This document shows, one piece after another, positions 10,281-20,049 of a DNA stretch of 38,321 bases (position 1 is the first letter of the stretch; the number at the start of each line of letters is the position of its first letter). Source of the DNA: Candidatus Heimdallarchaeota archaeon (lineage in GTDB: Archaea; Asgardarchaeota; Heimdallarchaeia; Heimdallarchaeales; Heimdallarchaeaceae); assembly GCA_021399395.1 (NCBI GenBank), contig JAAFKJ010000017.1, positions 1 to 38,321 of the forward strand. Direction: 5' to 3'. The notes beneath the pieces are model-generated. The model was not told the origin of the DNA and ran no database searches. It saw nothing but the letters and a program-made list of their open reading frames with translations. A program made the translations under genes and the position numbers.

Positions 10281-12212
10281 TTAGGAGTAAATGCTCTTGA
10301 GATTTTTGAGCATTTCTGAATAGATGGGGTGTTTTTTCTCCTTAGCTGTATCTTTAGCAAGTAACAATTCACTCAGATTTTGGGTTGCTTGAATAATTGT
10401 AGTTGGAGCAGTTGTTTCTATAAGAGGATATCCTTTAATTAAGAAACCTTGGAGAATTGTATTATATCTAATGCATATTCGAGCTAGAGTTTTGCTTTCT
10501 TCTTTAGGTTTAATACTTGTAGGTTCTTCAATTTTCAACCATTCAAGAGATCCTTGTTTGGATATTGTAATCATCCACAACATTATAGCAAATCCAAATA
10601 GAGCAGTAGTATTCCCTACTATAGTATAGTGATTGAAAAACTCGAATAGTTTTGCGATTTCATTTAAGATTTCTTTATCCTTCTCAAACAGCTGTAATGA
10701 CAGAATGAAATCTTTCTGAAAGTCTGTTAATTTCTTCTTGTATTTAGCATCAACAAGAAGATATTTGTCTCTCGAGTCTTTCATTTCTTCATAAGTTTTA
10801 TCAACAATCGCAAGCTCGTCAATCAGTAGATTGAATTCTTTCTTTTTCACTGGAGCAACTTTTAGTTCTTTGATATACTCCTTAGCTTTTTCAGCTATTT
10901 CTTTCAGTTTTTCAGTTACTTCTTCGTCAGTTACTTCTGTTGAAAACTTCTCTGGATCTTTTCCTTGAAAAGCTATCTGAGACTGTTTAACCCAAGAAAG
11001 ACCTTCTTTTAGTTTCTCTGGAGTAAGTAGTTTCTGTATAGTTTTAATCAAGATATACTTCTTCTCTTTGAGTTTTTTAGTTTGAGATCCAACAACAGAA
11101 AGAATGAATGTTAGAGCATTTGGAATAATATTATATGGATCCATTTGTTGATTTCCACGCATTGCTTGGAAAATTAGATTCTGGTCTATCCATTCAATCA
11201 AACCCCCTGTAATCATAGAGAACAGTGGATTGAAATTTGAGAATAACGGCATTGAAGCGTAGAAGTTAGCCATTGATATGAAAATGTCTTGATATCCAAA
11301 ACTTGGTGTTTGTTTGTATTTCTTGAAGGATAAAACTTTCTCATCGAAAGTATATTGCATAGAGTAATAATACAAGAGATGTTTATTCATACTAACTTGT
11401 GCAAAGTCCTCTGCTTCAAAATCTTGACCTGTTTGAATTGCTGTTAAAACATCTGGGTTGCTGAACAGTTCTATTCTCTCTGCATCCTCAATAGTTTCTT
11501 TTATTGCTTCTTGATCTTCAGGATAGAGCTTTTCAAGTACTTGAAAAACCCAATGAATCATGAAATTATAGATGAACTCTGATTTTCTAAGAACCTTCCT
11601 CCACTTCAACCATTGTTCAATTTTCTTAGCATGTAACTCTTCCATTTTGTCTAAGTCTTCTTCAGTGATTTCACGTGTAGAGTAGCGCAATGGAAAAATG
11701 GAAACTGGTTTAGATTCTTTGAAAAGAAAACTTCCAAAATCTTTCACTAAGGTTCCAAAAACCAATTCGAGGTCCATCATAGCATAACGAGTTATAACTT
11801 TCGCTTCCTTGAAATAGTCAGGAAATGTTGCTCCACGCTTGTAAAAAGCTACTTTTAGAATTTGATCATAAATAGGTTGTATGAAATTCTTACCCTCTTC
11901 ATCCAATCCTTCAAGAAGGGTCTCTAAGTTTACTTTTTCTTTAATATAATATTCAATCAGAAGACCACCAAAAGTTGTTGCGACTAGATCTCGATGATTA
12001 AGATAAATCTCTAAAGCTTTATCTGTCTCTTTGGTAGTTTTCTTTATTTTTGCCAAGTCTATTTCTTCTGGCAGTTCAATAACTTTGCTACTTTTATCCT
12101 TCGGAAAAAGGTATTTACCGCCTTTCTCAAAAGCTAAAACTTTTTTCTTTGTTAGTAGACCAAATGATATCTCTGCATTTTGCAAAGTTCCTTTGAATAG
12201 AACAACATCCAT
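10281..12212 (-). CDS. Hypothetical protein, 643 aa, predicted largely alpha-helical and soluble
   Basis: Long ORF with RBS-like GTGAGGA and TATA upstream; no recognisable motif. Confidence 0.85.
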   Translation of the reverse strand: MDVVLFKGTLQNAEISFGLLTKKKVLAFEKGGKYLFPKDKSSKVIELPEEIDLAKIKKTTKETDKALEIYLNHRDLVATTFGGLLIEYYIKEKVNLETLLEGLDEEGKNFIQPIYDQILKVAFYKRGATFPDYFKEAKVITRYAMMDLELVFGTLVKDFGSFLFKESKPVSIFPLRYSTREITEEDLDKMEELHAKKIEQWLKWRKVLRKSEFIYNFMIHWVFQVLEKLYPEDQEAIKETIEDAERIELFSNPDVLTAIQTGQDFEAEDFAQVSMNKHLLYYYSMQYTFDEKVLSFKKYKQTPSFGYQDIFISMANFYASMPLFSNFNPLFSMITGGLIEWIDQNLIFQAMRGNQQMDPYNIIPNALTFILSVVGSQTKKLKEKKYILIKTIQKLLTPEKLKEGLSWVKQSQIAFQGKDPEKFSTEVTDEEVTEKLKEIAEKAKEYIKELKVAPVKKKEFNLLIDELAIVDKTYEEMKDSRDKYLLVDAKYKKKLTDFQKDFILSLQLFEKDKEILNEIAKLFEFFNHYTIVGNTTALFGFAIMLWMITISKQGSLEWLKIEEPTSIKPKEESKTLARICIRYNTILQGFLIKGYPLIETTAPTTIIQATQNLSELLLAKDTAKEKKHPIYSEMLKNLKSIYS

Positions 12213-12250
12213 GTTTATTCCTCACTTAAGTCCTTCTAAATGCGAACAGC

Positions 12251-12262
12251 TAATAAATCTTT
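12251..12262 (-). promoter_or_regulatory. BRE/TATA promoter AAAGATTTATTA of the 643-aa gene
   Basis: Identical to 10247-10258; 38 bp upstream of the ATG. Confidence 0.55.
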
Positions 12263-12313
12263 ATTTCGACGATAACGGAAAGAATTAAAGAAGGGTTCAG
12301 AGATTTTTTGTTG

Positions 12314-12817
12314 ATGAACAAGCAAGAATCTATAGAATTTTTACTTGAAGACCATAGAAAAATGGAGTTCATTATTAACACATTACATGATGAAGAAATG
12401 GTTCAACACCATATACTAAAAGCTTGGACTATCAAGGATATTATTGCCCATCTTGCAGCATGGAATAAAGAGTTGAAGAAATCTATAGATGCAATTATTT
12501 CTAACAAAGATATCTGGTTTCGAGAAGGAGGGATAGACGATTTTAACAAGATTCAAGTTACAATCAGAAAGTCTAGAAGTTTGAAGGAAATAATTGATGA
12601 ATGGCAGGATTCTTTTAGCGAGTTGATAGATAGGATCAAACAACTTTCAGACGAGGATTGGATTTTTGAATCAGAATACAAATGGAAAGATGGCAATCCA
12701 ATCAAGATTAAACACCTATTCACTCACCAATATTTAGGATTTGGTCATGAAGGTGGACATGCTTGGCAGATCGAAGATTACTTTGAGAGCGATAGATGTG
12801 CTTGTAGAGTATATTAG
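12314..12817 (+). CDS. DinB-superfamily four-helix bundle protein (ClbS/DfsB or maleylpyruvate isomerase N-terminal-like)
   Basis: WTIKDIIAHLAAW, DDFN and HEGGH (HxxxH) metal triad; ATG 12314 preferred over TTG 12308. Confidence 0.8.
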   Translation: MNKQESIEFLLEDHRKMEFIINTLHDEEMVQHHILKAWTIKDIIAHLAAWNKELKKSIDAIISNKDIWFREGGIDDFNKIQVTIRKSRSLKEIIDEWQDSFSELIDRIKQLSDEDWIFESEYKWKDGNPIKIKHLFTHQYLGFGHEGGHAWQIEDYFESDRCACRVY

Positions 12818-12867
12818 ATGTCCATTACTCAATGTTTAAATTGTGATTCTGTCCGTTGTTTTTAATC

Positions 12868-14169
12868 ATGATTCTCGATAAATACCTATCTGATACAGGT
12901 CGATATGTAAGTGAAAATGTTAATCTAGCAGCTGGCTCTCCTGCATGGGGATTACGTGCAAAAAAGAGAGCTAAGGAACATTCAGATTTCATCAATGCCA
13001 CAATTGGTGCTGCTACCGAGGATAATGGTGATTTAATGTCTTTTCCAACCCTTGTTGAAGAGATTAAAAAACTCACAGCTACACAGCTGTTTGCATATGC
13101 TAATATGAGAGGAATTTCTGATTTTGTACATGCTTGGAAGAGAGACACATTAGATACATATCCTACCAATCTAAAAGATAAAGCAGACAGGTTATCAACA
13201 CTTCCAGTAACATCTTGTGGTGGTCTAACAGGTGGACTAATGCTAGCTAGTCAATTGTTCTTTAATCAAAACGATCCACTTCTAGCTCCTAATACAAGAT
13301 GGGGTAATGTAGACAATGTCTTTTTCAAGAATCAAAGGTTAAGAGAAGAAACTTATCAGCTAGTTGATAAGGAAGGTAATCTCGCTTTTTGTAATCTCAT
13401 CGAGAATCTAAAATCACTTCAAACTTCTGAAGATAAGATTGGTATCTATCTCAATTTCCCAAATAATCCATCAGGGATTAGTCCAACACAAGAACAAGTT
13501 AAAGAGTTTCAAGATGCCCTTATTGAAGTGAACAAACCTACAGTTGTCATAGTAGATGATGCTTACGAAGGGTATGTTTATGAAGAAAAAGCATTAAACC
13601 ACTCAATTTTCCCCCATTTAGTAGGATTGAATGAGAATGTTCTTCCAATAAAAGTAGATGGACCCTCAAAGAGATTCTGTGCATATGGAGCACGTTTAGG
13701 TATGGTAACATTAGGGTTTGGAGAAGAAACTGAAGACTCAAAGAAATCAGAGGTTAGAGAAATGATTGCTAAAATTGCTAGAACAAATACTGCAAGTTCT
13801 CCAAGAGGTATTCAAGAAGCCCTAACAAATGTCCTCACTGATCCTGTAAAGAAACAAAAGATTGCTCAAGAGAAACAAAGTAATCTTGAACTAATGAAAA
13901 AGAGATATAATTTAGTTAAAGAATATGTAGAATCAAATGAAAACAATGTTCTTCATCCTGTAAATTTCAACTCTGGATTCTTCAGCTATTTCCTGTTAAA
14001 GACTCAACAAACTGCAACTGAAATTTCATCTAAACTTCTAGAACAAGGTCTTGGAACAGTACCATTTGTTAATCAAAATAATGGTTTGAATGGCATACGA
14101 GTTGCCTTTTGTTCAATAAACACAGAAAAAATAACTAAAGCATTAGACATACTTTACTCGATAAAATAA
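12868..14169 (+). CDS. Class I/II fold PLP-dependent aminotransferase
   Basis: NATIG, NFPNNPSG, DDAY, PLP-lysine DGPSKRFCAYGARLG, IRVAF; ATG 12868 preferred. Confidence 0.92.
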   Translation: MILDKYLSDTGRYVSENVNLAAGSPAWGLRAKKRAKEHSDFINATIGAATEDNGDLMSFPTLVEEIKKLTATQLFAYANMRGISDFVHAWKRDTLDTYPTNLKDKADRLSTLPVTSCGGLTGGLMLASQLFFNQNDPLLAPNTRWGNVDNVFFKNQRLREETYQLVDKEGNLAFCNLIENLKSLQTSEDKIGIYLNFPNNPSGISPTQEQVKEFQDALIEVNKPTVVIVDDAYEGYVYEEKALNHSIFPHLVGLNENVLPIKVDGPSKRFCAYGARLGMVTLGFGEETEDSKKSEVREMIAKIARTNTASSPRGIQEALTNVLTDPVKKQKIAQEKQSNLELMKKRYNLVKEYVESNENNVLHPVNFNSGFFSYFLLKTQQTATEISSKLLEQGLGTVPFVNQNNGLNGIRVAFCSINTEKITKALDILYSIK

Positions 14170-14200
14170 AGAGAAAAAGAAAGGTTAAAAGCATAAGAAG

Positions 14201-14944
14201 TTACTTTAGAGCTTCGTCTGCTTTTCCTTTGAAAATTTTCCAAAGCTTCATTTTCTTTGCTTCACCAGATTTTATCTTTCTGAAGTTTTCACCTTGACGG
14301 CTTAGTACTACAAAAGTAATCGCCACCATTGTTGCAAACGCTACCCATCCAAATATCGCTATTTCATTCAAGTCTATCAGCGGTGATGCATTAGCCGGTG
14401 AAACCCATGTCCAGATATATTCTCCCCAGAAAATGAAGATTACACCCATTACTATGAAAGTGACAAGGTATGTTATTGCGCTGTACATTATTGCAGATCC
14501 TAATACGAAGTAAAGTACTAACCAGAGTGGCATGAATATAGGATTGAAGAAGATCATTGTACCTAAAGTAGATGCAACTCCTTTGCCTCCTGGACCCCAC
14601 AACCATATACACCAGTTGTGCCCTAGTATTGCGGCTGGTCCCGCAAAAGCAATAACCCAGATGTCAGCTTGACTATATGTAAATGATATCCATACTGCTA
14701 ACCACATAGCAAAGAATCCTTTTAACATATCTAGTATGGCTTCTATTATACCAACAGTATAAGCTAATCCCTTAGGTTTCTCTTGTGCTTGAAAAGCTCG
14801 GATAACATTTCGTCCTCCGACATTTTTTGATCCAACTGTACGAATATCTATTTTCAACCACAGTTTGACTACAATCCAAGCAATTGGTATTGAACCTAAA
14901 AGATAACCCAGAGCTGCTGCCCATAAAACGTCTAAAGTTATCAT
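14201..14944 (-). CDS. plsY: Glycerol-3-phosphate acyltransferase PlsY homolog
   Basis: GYLLGSIP, DIRTVGSKNVGGRN (motif 1), DMLKG, ILGHNW, GGKGVAS (motif 2), RQGENFRKI (variant motif 3). Confidence 0.88.
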   Translation of the reverse strand: MITLDVLWAAALGYLLGSIPIAWIVVKLWLKIDIRTVGSKNVGGRNVIRAFQAQEKPKGLAYTVGIIEAILDMLKGFFAMWLAVWISFTYSQADIWVIAFAGPAAILGHNWCIWLWGPGGKGVASTLGTMIFFNPIFMPLWLVLYFVLGSAIMYSAITYLVTFIVMGVIFIFWGEYIWTWVSPANASPLIDLNEIAIFGWVAFATMVAITFVVLSRQGENFRKIKSGEAKKMKLWKIFKGKADEALK

Positions 14945-15075
14945 GTAATGATTCTCTTCTGAAGCTTCTTTAAAAACTTTGTTCGACTGCCTAAGTTAGC
15001 TTTTAACTAGTTTCCTCAAATGATTGTCGTTTAGAAATATTTTTTATCCCATTCTATTTTTGTAAGTTGATTATT

Positions 15076-16896
15076 ATGGCTAAAGAAATTACTTTAGAGA
15101 AACTAGCTTCTATTCCATCTTACTCTTTTATCACACCCAATCATAACAAAGATAAAGTTGGGTTTTATTGGAACAAAACTAAAAGCCAAGAGTTTTACAT
15201 TATTGATCCTAAAACTATGGAATATGAGCAAATAACAGATGGAGAGTTGCCTAAGGCAATTAGAGCAGGATTCATCTGGTTAAAAGATGACATTCACATC
15301 ACCTATACAAGAGATGTTGATGGTAATGAGCAGCATAACATCTTTCTATATAATACTGAAACAAAAGAAAGTGTTCAATTAACTGATACTCCAAAAGCTC
15401 AAGAATATCCAGTAGATATTAGCCCAGATGGCAAGAAACTTCTCTTTGCCTCAAACCGCCATGACCAAATGAATTTATTCATCATGGATTTAGAAACAAA
15501 AGAAGTAACACAATTAACAGCTTTTGATAAACCAGTTTGGGGTCTAGCTGAATGGGCTGAAAATGGTTGGATCTATTTCAGTTATAATGATACTTACAAT
15601 ATTAAGAATAACGATGTTTGGGTAATTAAACAAGATGGAAGTGAAATCAAGAAATTGTTCTCTGTTTCAGAAGATTCAAATGATAGTTTTGGAAGCATAT
15701 CTTCTGATGGAAAACTTATGTCTATAGAAACTGATCATTCGGGATTAACTCGAGCAGGTGTTTACAATCTTGAAACCGATGAAATTTCTTGGCTTGGTGA
15801 CGGTAAATATGAAGAAGCTCCTGCAAAATTCTCTTCTGATAATAAGAAACTCATTGTTGTTCGTGTTAATGAAGCAGAATTATACCCCATAATTTATGAT
15901 ATTAAAACAGGTGAAGCTAAAGTACTCTCATTCAAAGGACTGACTTACTATACTAGATTTGTTCTAGATGATAATTATTTGATTTACATGAGAATGGATT
16001 CAAAGACACCTGTTTTTCTTGCTCGCTATGATATGGCGAATGATAAAGAAGAAATCATGATACCACCTCAGACAGATCTAACAGCAGAGGATTTCTATGA
16101 ACAACAATACATAAAATATCCAACTTTTGATGGTCGTGAAATTGCAGCAACTGTATACACACCAAAATTAGAACCAGGTAAGAAGTATCCAGCTTTAGTA
16201 AATGTTCATGGTGGTCCAACAGGGCAATATTTCCAAATGTTTGATATGTTCTCTCAAGTATTTGCACACGAAGGTTTTGTTATCCTCAATCCTAACATCC
16301 GAGGAAGTACAGGTTATGGAAAAGAATTCATGGAATTAAATCTCAAAGATTGGGGTGGAGGAGACGGAAAAGATGTAGTTTATGCCAAGAAATACTTAGA
16401 AACACTCGATTATGTAGATACTAATAAAATAGGTGTATTTGGTGGTTCTTATGGAGGATATATGACTTTTATCCAATTAACTAAATATGCAGATGCAGGA
16501 TGGAATGCAGGTTCTGCATGGATAGGCATCTCTGACTTGAAAACAATGTATGACAAATCTAAACCTCATTTTCAATATTTCCTCATTCAGCATCTAGGTT
16601 CCTATGAAGAAAATGAAGAAGTCTGGAAAAAAGGTTCAGCAATGACTTTTGTTGATAGCATCTATGCGCCTATTCAGATGATCCATGGTGTAAATGATCC
16701 TCGTTGTCCAGTTGAAGAAAGCAGACAGTTCAGAGACAAACTTCTAGAAATGGGTTGGAAAGAAGGAACTGAGGGTGAAAAAACATACGAGTATGTTGAA
16801 TTCACTGATGAAGGTCATGGTGCTTTTTCTGACATAGGAATGAGAATCAGAACTTTCAAACTATTCATTGACTTTTTCAAAAGAAGATTACTCTAA
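15076..16896 (+). CDS. S9 family peptidase (prolyl oligopeptidase superfamily)
   Basis: DVDGNEQ, SPDGK, VHGGP, PNIRGSTGYG, GGSYGG, NDPRCP, DEGHG. Confidence 0.95.
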   Translation: MAKEITLEKLASIPSYSFITPNHNKDKVGFYWNKTKSQEFYIIDPKTMEYEQITDGELPKAIRAGFIWLKDDIHITYTRDVDGNEQHNIFLYNTETKESVQLTDTPKAQEYPVDISPDGKKLLFASNRHDQMNLFIMDLETKEVTQLTAFDKPVWGLAEWAENGWIYFSYNDTYNIKNNDVWVIKQDGSEIKKLFSVSEDSNDSFGSISSDGKLMSIETDHSGLTRAGVYNLETDEISWLGDGKYEEAPAKFSSDNKKLIVVRVNEAELYPIIYDIKTGEAKVLSFKGLTYYTRFVLDDNYLIYMRMDSKTPVFLARYDMANDKEEIMIPPQTDLTAEDFYEQQYIKYPTFDGREIAATVYTPKLEPGKKYPALVNVHGGPTGQYFQMFDMFSQVFAHEGFVILNPNIRGSTGYGKEFMELNLKDWGGGDGKDVVYAKKYLETLDYVDTNKIGVFGGSYGGYMTFIQLTKYADAGWNAGSAWIGISDLKTMYDKSKPHFQYFLIQHLGSYEENEEVWKKGSAMTFVDSIYAPIQMIHGVNDPRCPVEESRQFRDKLLEMGWKEGTEGEKTYEYVEFTDEGHGAFSDIGMRIRTFKLFIDFFKRRLL

Positions 16897-16925
16897 CTTC
16901 TTTCTTTTCTTTTATTTCTGTTTTT
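16897..16925 (+). terminator. Archaeal-type oligo-T terminator
   Basis: CTTCTTTCTTTTCTTTTATTTCTGTTTTT immediately after the stop codon. Confidence 0.55.
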
Positions 16926-16973
16926 AATCATTAAACTAAAATAAGCTAGTAATCTATTTTTTCGTGATTAGAG

Positions 16974-18155
16974 ATGATTCAAGAGCTCAAAAACACAGAA
17001 GATCTCGAGAAAGCAGCCAATCTAGCAGCCCTTTGTTTTCATGATCCGATTAAAGAAATGAAGGAATTTTATTCCCAAATACAAGAACTTGAAATGATTG
17101 GGATCTATGAAAAATCCATTCTAACAGCTGCAGCTGGTTCATATAAATTTCGAATATTCATTAGGGATCAAATTTTAGATTGTGCTGGTGTTGCTAATGT
17201 TATGACAGATCCTGCTTATAGAAGGAAGGGATATGTGAAGGAATTAATGATTAAGATTCTAGAAGATAGTAAAAATCAAGGTTATCCTATTGCAGCTCTT
17301 TGGCCGTTTGATCATGATTTCTATAGAAAATTCGGTTTTGAGAGCGGAGAAAAGACAATCACCTTCAAATTCAAACCTGGACAGATCAAATCTGATTTCA
17401 AAATAGAAGACAATATAACAATCGAAGATGTTACTGAGAAGAATGATTTCCTTCCGTTAATTCAAGTAGCAGAAAATGCTCAAAATAAGTATACAAGAGT
17501 TTATGGTGACGTGGCTGCTTGGCAAATGAGAGGAAAACTTCAAGGATTCAAGACCTATTTAATTGAGCGAGATGGAAAGCCAATAGCATATATTTCTTTA
17601 AAATTCAAGAAAGTAAAGGAATGGGAGTTTAACATGAATATTATGGATTTGGCCTATGTTGATATAGAAGCTAAGCACACTCTTTTTGCATTCTTAAAAA
17701 ACTTTGAAGCTGATATCACCAATATTTTCATCAATCTACCTTATCAAGAAGAAGTTGAAAGCTATCTAACTTCTGTAAATGATGAACACAAGTTCAATCA
17801 ATGGCCAGCGATGATGAGAATACTAGATATTCAGCAGTGTTTTGAACAATTACACTATCCTAAACATCTTGAATCTAAGATTTATTTCAAAGTTGAAGAT
17901 AAAATAATTTCTGAAAACAGTGGTATATGGGAACTGGATATTCAAGAAGGAAAATGCAAAGCATCGGTAATTGAAGATGGAACTGTAGAGATGGATAAAG
18001 TACTAGAAATAACCATTAACCAACTCACTCAAATCTTAATTGGCTACTCATCTATTGCCAAACTTCTAGAGCATCAAAAAGCAAAAATTCCAAACGAATG
18101 GACTACTAAAGAATTGTTTCCAGAGGTACCTACAGCTATAATGGCATGGTTCTGA
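16974..18155 (+). CDS. Eis-like GNAT N-acetyltransferase (two GNAT domains + SCP2-like domain)
   Basis: GVANVMTDPAYRRKG acetyl-CoA motif, LWPF...FYRKFGFE, RILDI, D...ENSGIW, terminal Phe. Confidence 0.9.
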   Translation: MIQELKNTEDLEKAANLAALCFHDPIKEMKEFYSQIQELEMIGIYEKSILTAAAGSYKFRIFIRDQILDCAGVANVMTDPAYRRKGYVKELMIKILEDSKNQGYPIAALWPFDHDFYRKFGFESGEKTITFKFKPGQIKSDFKIEDNITIEDVTEKNDFLPLIQVAENAQNKYTRVYGDVAAWQMRGKLQGFKTYLIERDGKPIAYISLKFKKVKEWEFNMNIMDLAYVDIEAKHTLFAFLKNFEADITNIFINLPYQEEVESYLTSVNDEHKFNQWPAMMRILDIQQCFEQLHYPKHLESKIYFKVEDKIISENSGIWELDIQEGKCKASVIEDGTVEMDKVLEITINQLTQILIGYSSIAKLLEHQKAKIPNEWTTKELFPEVPTAIMAWF

Positions 18156-18196
18156 TTCAAATAAATATAAATAGAACGAATGCTAATAATTGAATC

Positions 18197-18634
18197 ATGA
18201 GCGAACACGAAGTTGAGAAGATAGAGAAATATCTTATTCCTTTTGCGCTACAAAGATTTGATTTTGATAGTTATCAAACAAACTTTCCCATGAGCAAAAT
18301 GGCTATGAATATGGCAAAAAAAATGATGGGCAACTGGTTAAATGATTACGTTACTTGGCTTGTTAGAGCTTTTACTAGATGTCTATTGAATGTTTCAGAT
18401 GAAATCTACCTAAAAGATCTTGGTGCTGTTGTTGCTGCTGAAGCAAATTATATGTCTGGAATCGGACCAATGGGACCTTTTGAAAGACAGAGTATGTCTC
18501 AGGGTTCTGGAAACCGTGCAGGTACTGAGAATTTAGTAGAAACAGAGATACATGTATGGTTACTTCACCTACAAGAAGAGAACATGTTACCAGGAATCTA
18601 CGAGCGGTTTACAGGAAAATATTTTGTAAAATAA
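18197..18634 (+). CDS. Hypothetical protein, 145 aa
   Basis: ATG ORF with TATA-like element upstream, filling the intergenic space; no assignable family. Confidence 0.75.
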   Translation: MSEHEVEKIEKYLIPFALQRFDFDSYQTNFPMSKMAMNMAKKMMGNWLNDYVTWLVRAFTRCLLNVSDEIYLKDLGAVVAAEANYMSGIGPMGPFERQSMSQGSGNRAGTENLVETEIHVWLLHLQEENMLPGIYERFTGKYFVK

Positions 18635-18656
18635 GCAAGAGAAACAAGCTTTAAGC

Positions 18657-19901
18657 TTAAATCTTCGTTTTTTTTCGATTATTACAATATAGAAATATTA
18701 CCCACAAGAAAATCATTGGTAAAGGAAAATGTAACGTTGTAGTAGTAGGTCTTTTTAGATTCTCATCCAGAGGATAAAGATCATTGTTTTCTGCTTTTCC
18801 ATTGATATGGTAAGTACTGCTTTGGTTCAGATCTGACCAAAAGTTTCCCTCCAAAGCCTCTTCATCAAACCAATAGTTATCTTTTCCTGAATCGTATGCT
18901 TGTGATGATCCTTCGACATTGTTATGGATAAAGTAATTATGATGAATAGAATTAGATCTGGAATTCTCATCTAATGACACACCAAATTCAGTGTTATTTC
19001 TAATTAGATTATAGGTCATTTTACATCTAAGAGTGTCCCATGATCTAATCCCATGCCAACCATTAAACTCAATTGTATTTGAGAAAATTTCTGAATCATA
19101 TACTGAATATGTCATTATTCCATCCCTTTCATTGAAACCGATTAAATTGTCATCTATCACCACATCTGCATAGATTATTTCTAGTCCTACGATATTGTTA
19201 TTGATGATATTACCTTTTATGGTAGCACCTCTAGCATCTACAATCATTATTCCCCAGAAGTTGAATGAGCACACATTATTACTAAAAGTGTTATTTTCAC
19301 TATTAATAGAAAAAATTCCATCTTCGCTTTGATTTAAACATGTATTATTCTCAATTAGCGTATTGTTAGTTGAATACAAATAAATACCTGAATCTCCATA
19401 TTCATCCAAGTGGGTTACTTGCTCATATTCACAGAAGTTATTTGTTATTTTAGCTCCGTTTGTTCTACTTATTTCTATACCTCTACTAGCTGTCTGATGG
19501 TTATAAATTGTATAACAAGTGTTATTGGTAATAGTTGCAGTATAATCAGCAACATCACGGATGTAAATACAAGTCCATAGAGCTTTAATTGAACAATTTC
19601 TAATAACAAAATGCTTTGTAGTATCTTCAACAAGAATTCCTACACCATAATTGTAAGTGTCAAATACATAGTTTTCAATAATATATGGATCTAAAGTGGT
19701 TCCTAAACCTGAAAAACCATAATCTGTGAAATTTTGATCATTATATATTAAAATCAATTCAAGAGATTCTGATTCTATGGTATCTGATGAACTAGTAACA
19801 GTACTATTATCTGAACATTCTTCTAATTCGCTAAAACATGGTACTGATAATAATACACAAAACAGAATTATTAATGTCAGATATTTGCTCAGTTTACCCA
19901 T
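18657..19901 (-). CDS. Secreted, C-terminally anchored right-handed parallel beta-helix (NosD/PbH1) surface protein
   Basis: Signal peptide, GLGTTLDPYIIEN motif, repeated GI...N..I.NN units, GNFWSD, DLYPL, Thr linker + TM + basic tail. Confidence 0.9.
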   Translation of the reverse strand: MGKLSKYLTLIILFCVLLSVPCFSELEECSDNSTVTSSSDTIESESLELILIYNDQNFTDYGFSGLGTTLDPYIIENYVFDTYNYGVGILVEDTTKHFVIRNCSIKALWTCIYIRDVADYTATITNNTCYTIYNHQTASRGIEISRTNGAKITNNFCEYEQVTHLDEYGDSGIYLYSTNNTLIENNTCLNQSEDGIFSINSENNTFSNNVCSFNFWGIMIVDARGATIKGNIINNNIVGLEIIYADVVIDDNLIGFNERDGIMTYSVYDSEIFSNTIEFNGWHGIRSWDTLRCKMTYNLIRNNTEFGVSLDENSRSNSIHHNYFIHNNVEGSSQAYDSGKDNYWFDEEALEGNFWSDLNQSSTYHINGKAENNDLYPLDENLKRPTTTTLHFPLPMIFLWVIFLYCNNRKKTKI

Positions 19902-20049
19902 CCTTAACTTCCTTCAACTATAACAATATCAATTTTAGAATAATAAAGCTTGTGGAAACAGAAGATTTGTTGTAAGAACAATTTGAAAAATCAATACCAA
20001 TAAATTCCGATTATAATAACTTAAAAAATGAGAAGAAAGAGAGAGTTTT

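Noticed and set aside
16974-18155. Aminoglycoside resistance function for the Eis-like protein
   Set aside because: The family is widespread and its substrate cannot be inferred from sequence
18657-19901. nosD of nitrous oxide reduction
   Set aside because: No nos genes nearby; it is a generic beta-helix surface protein
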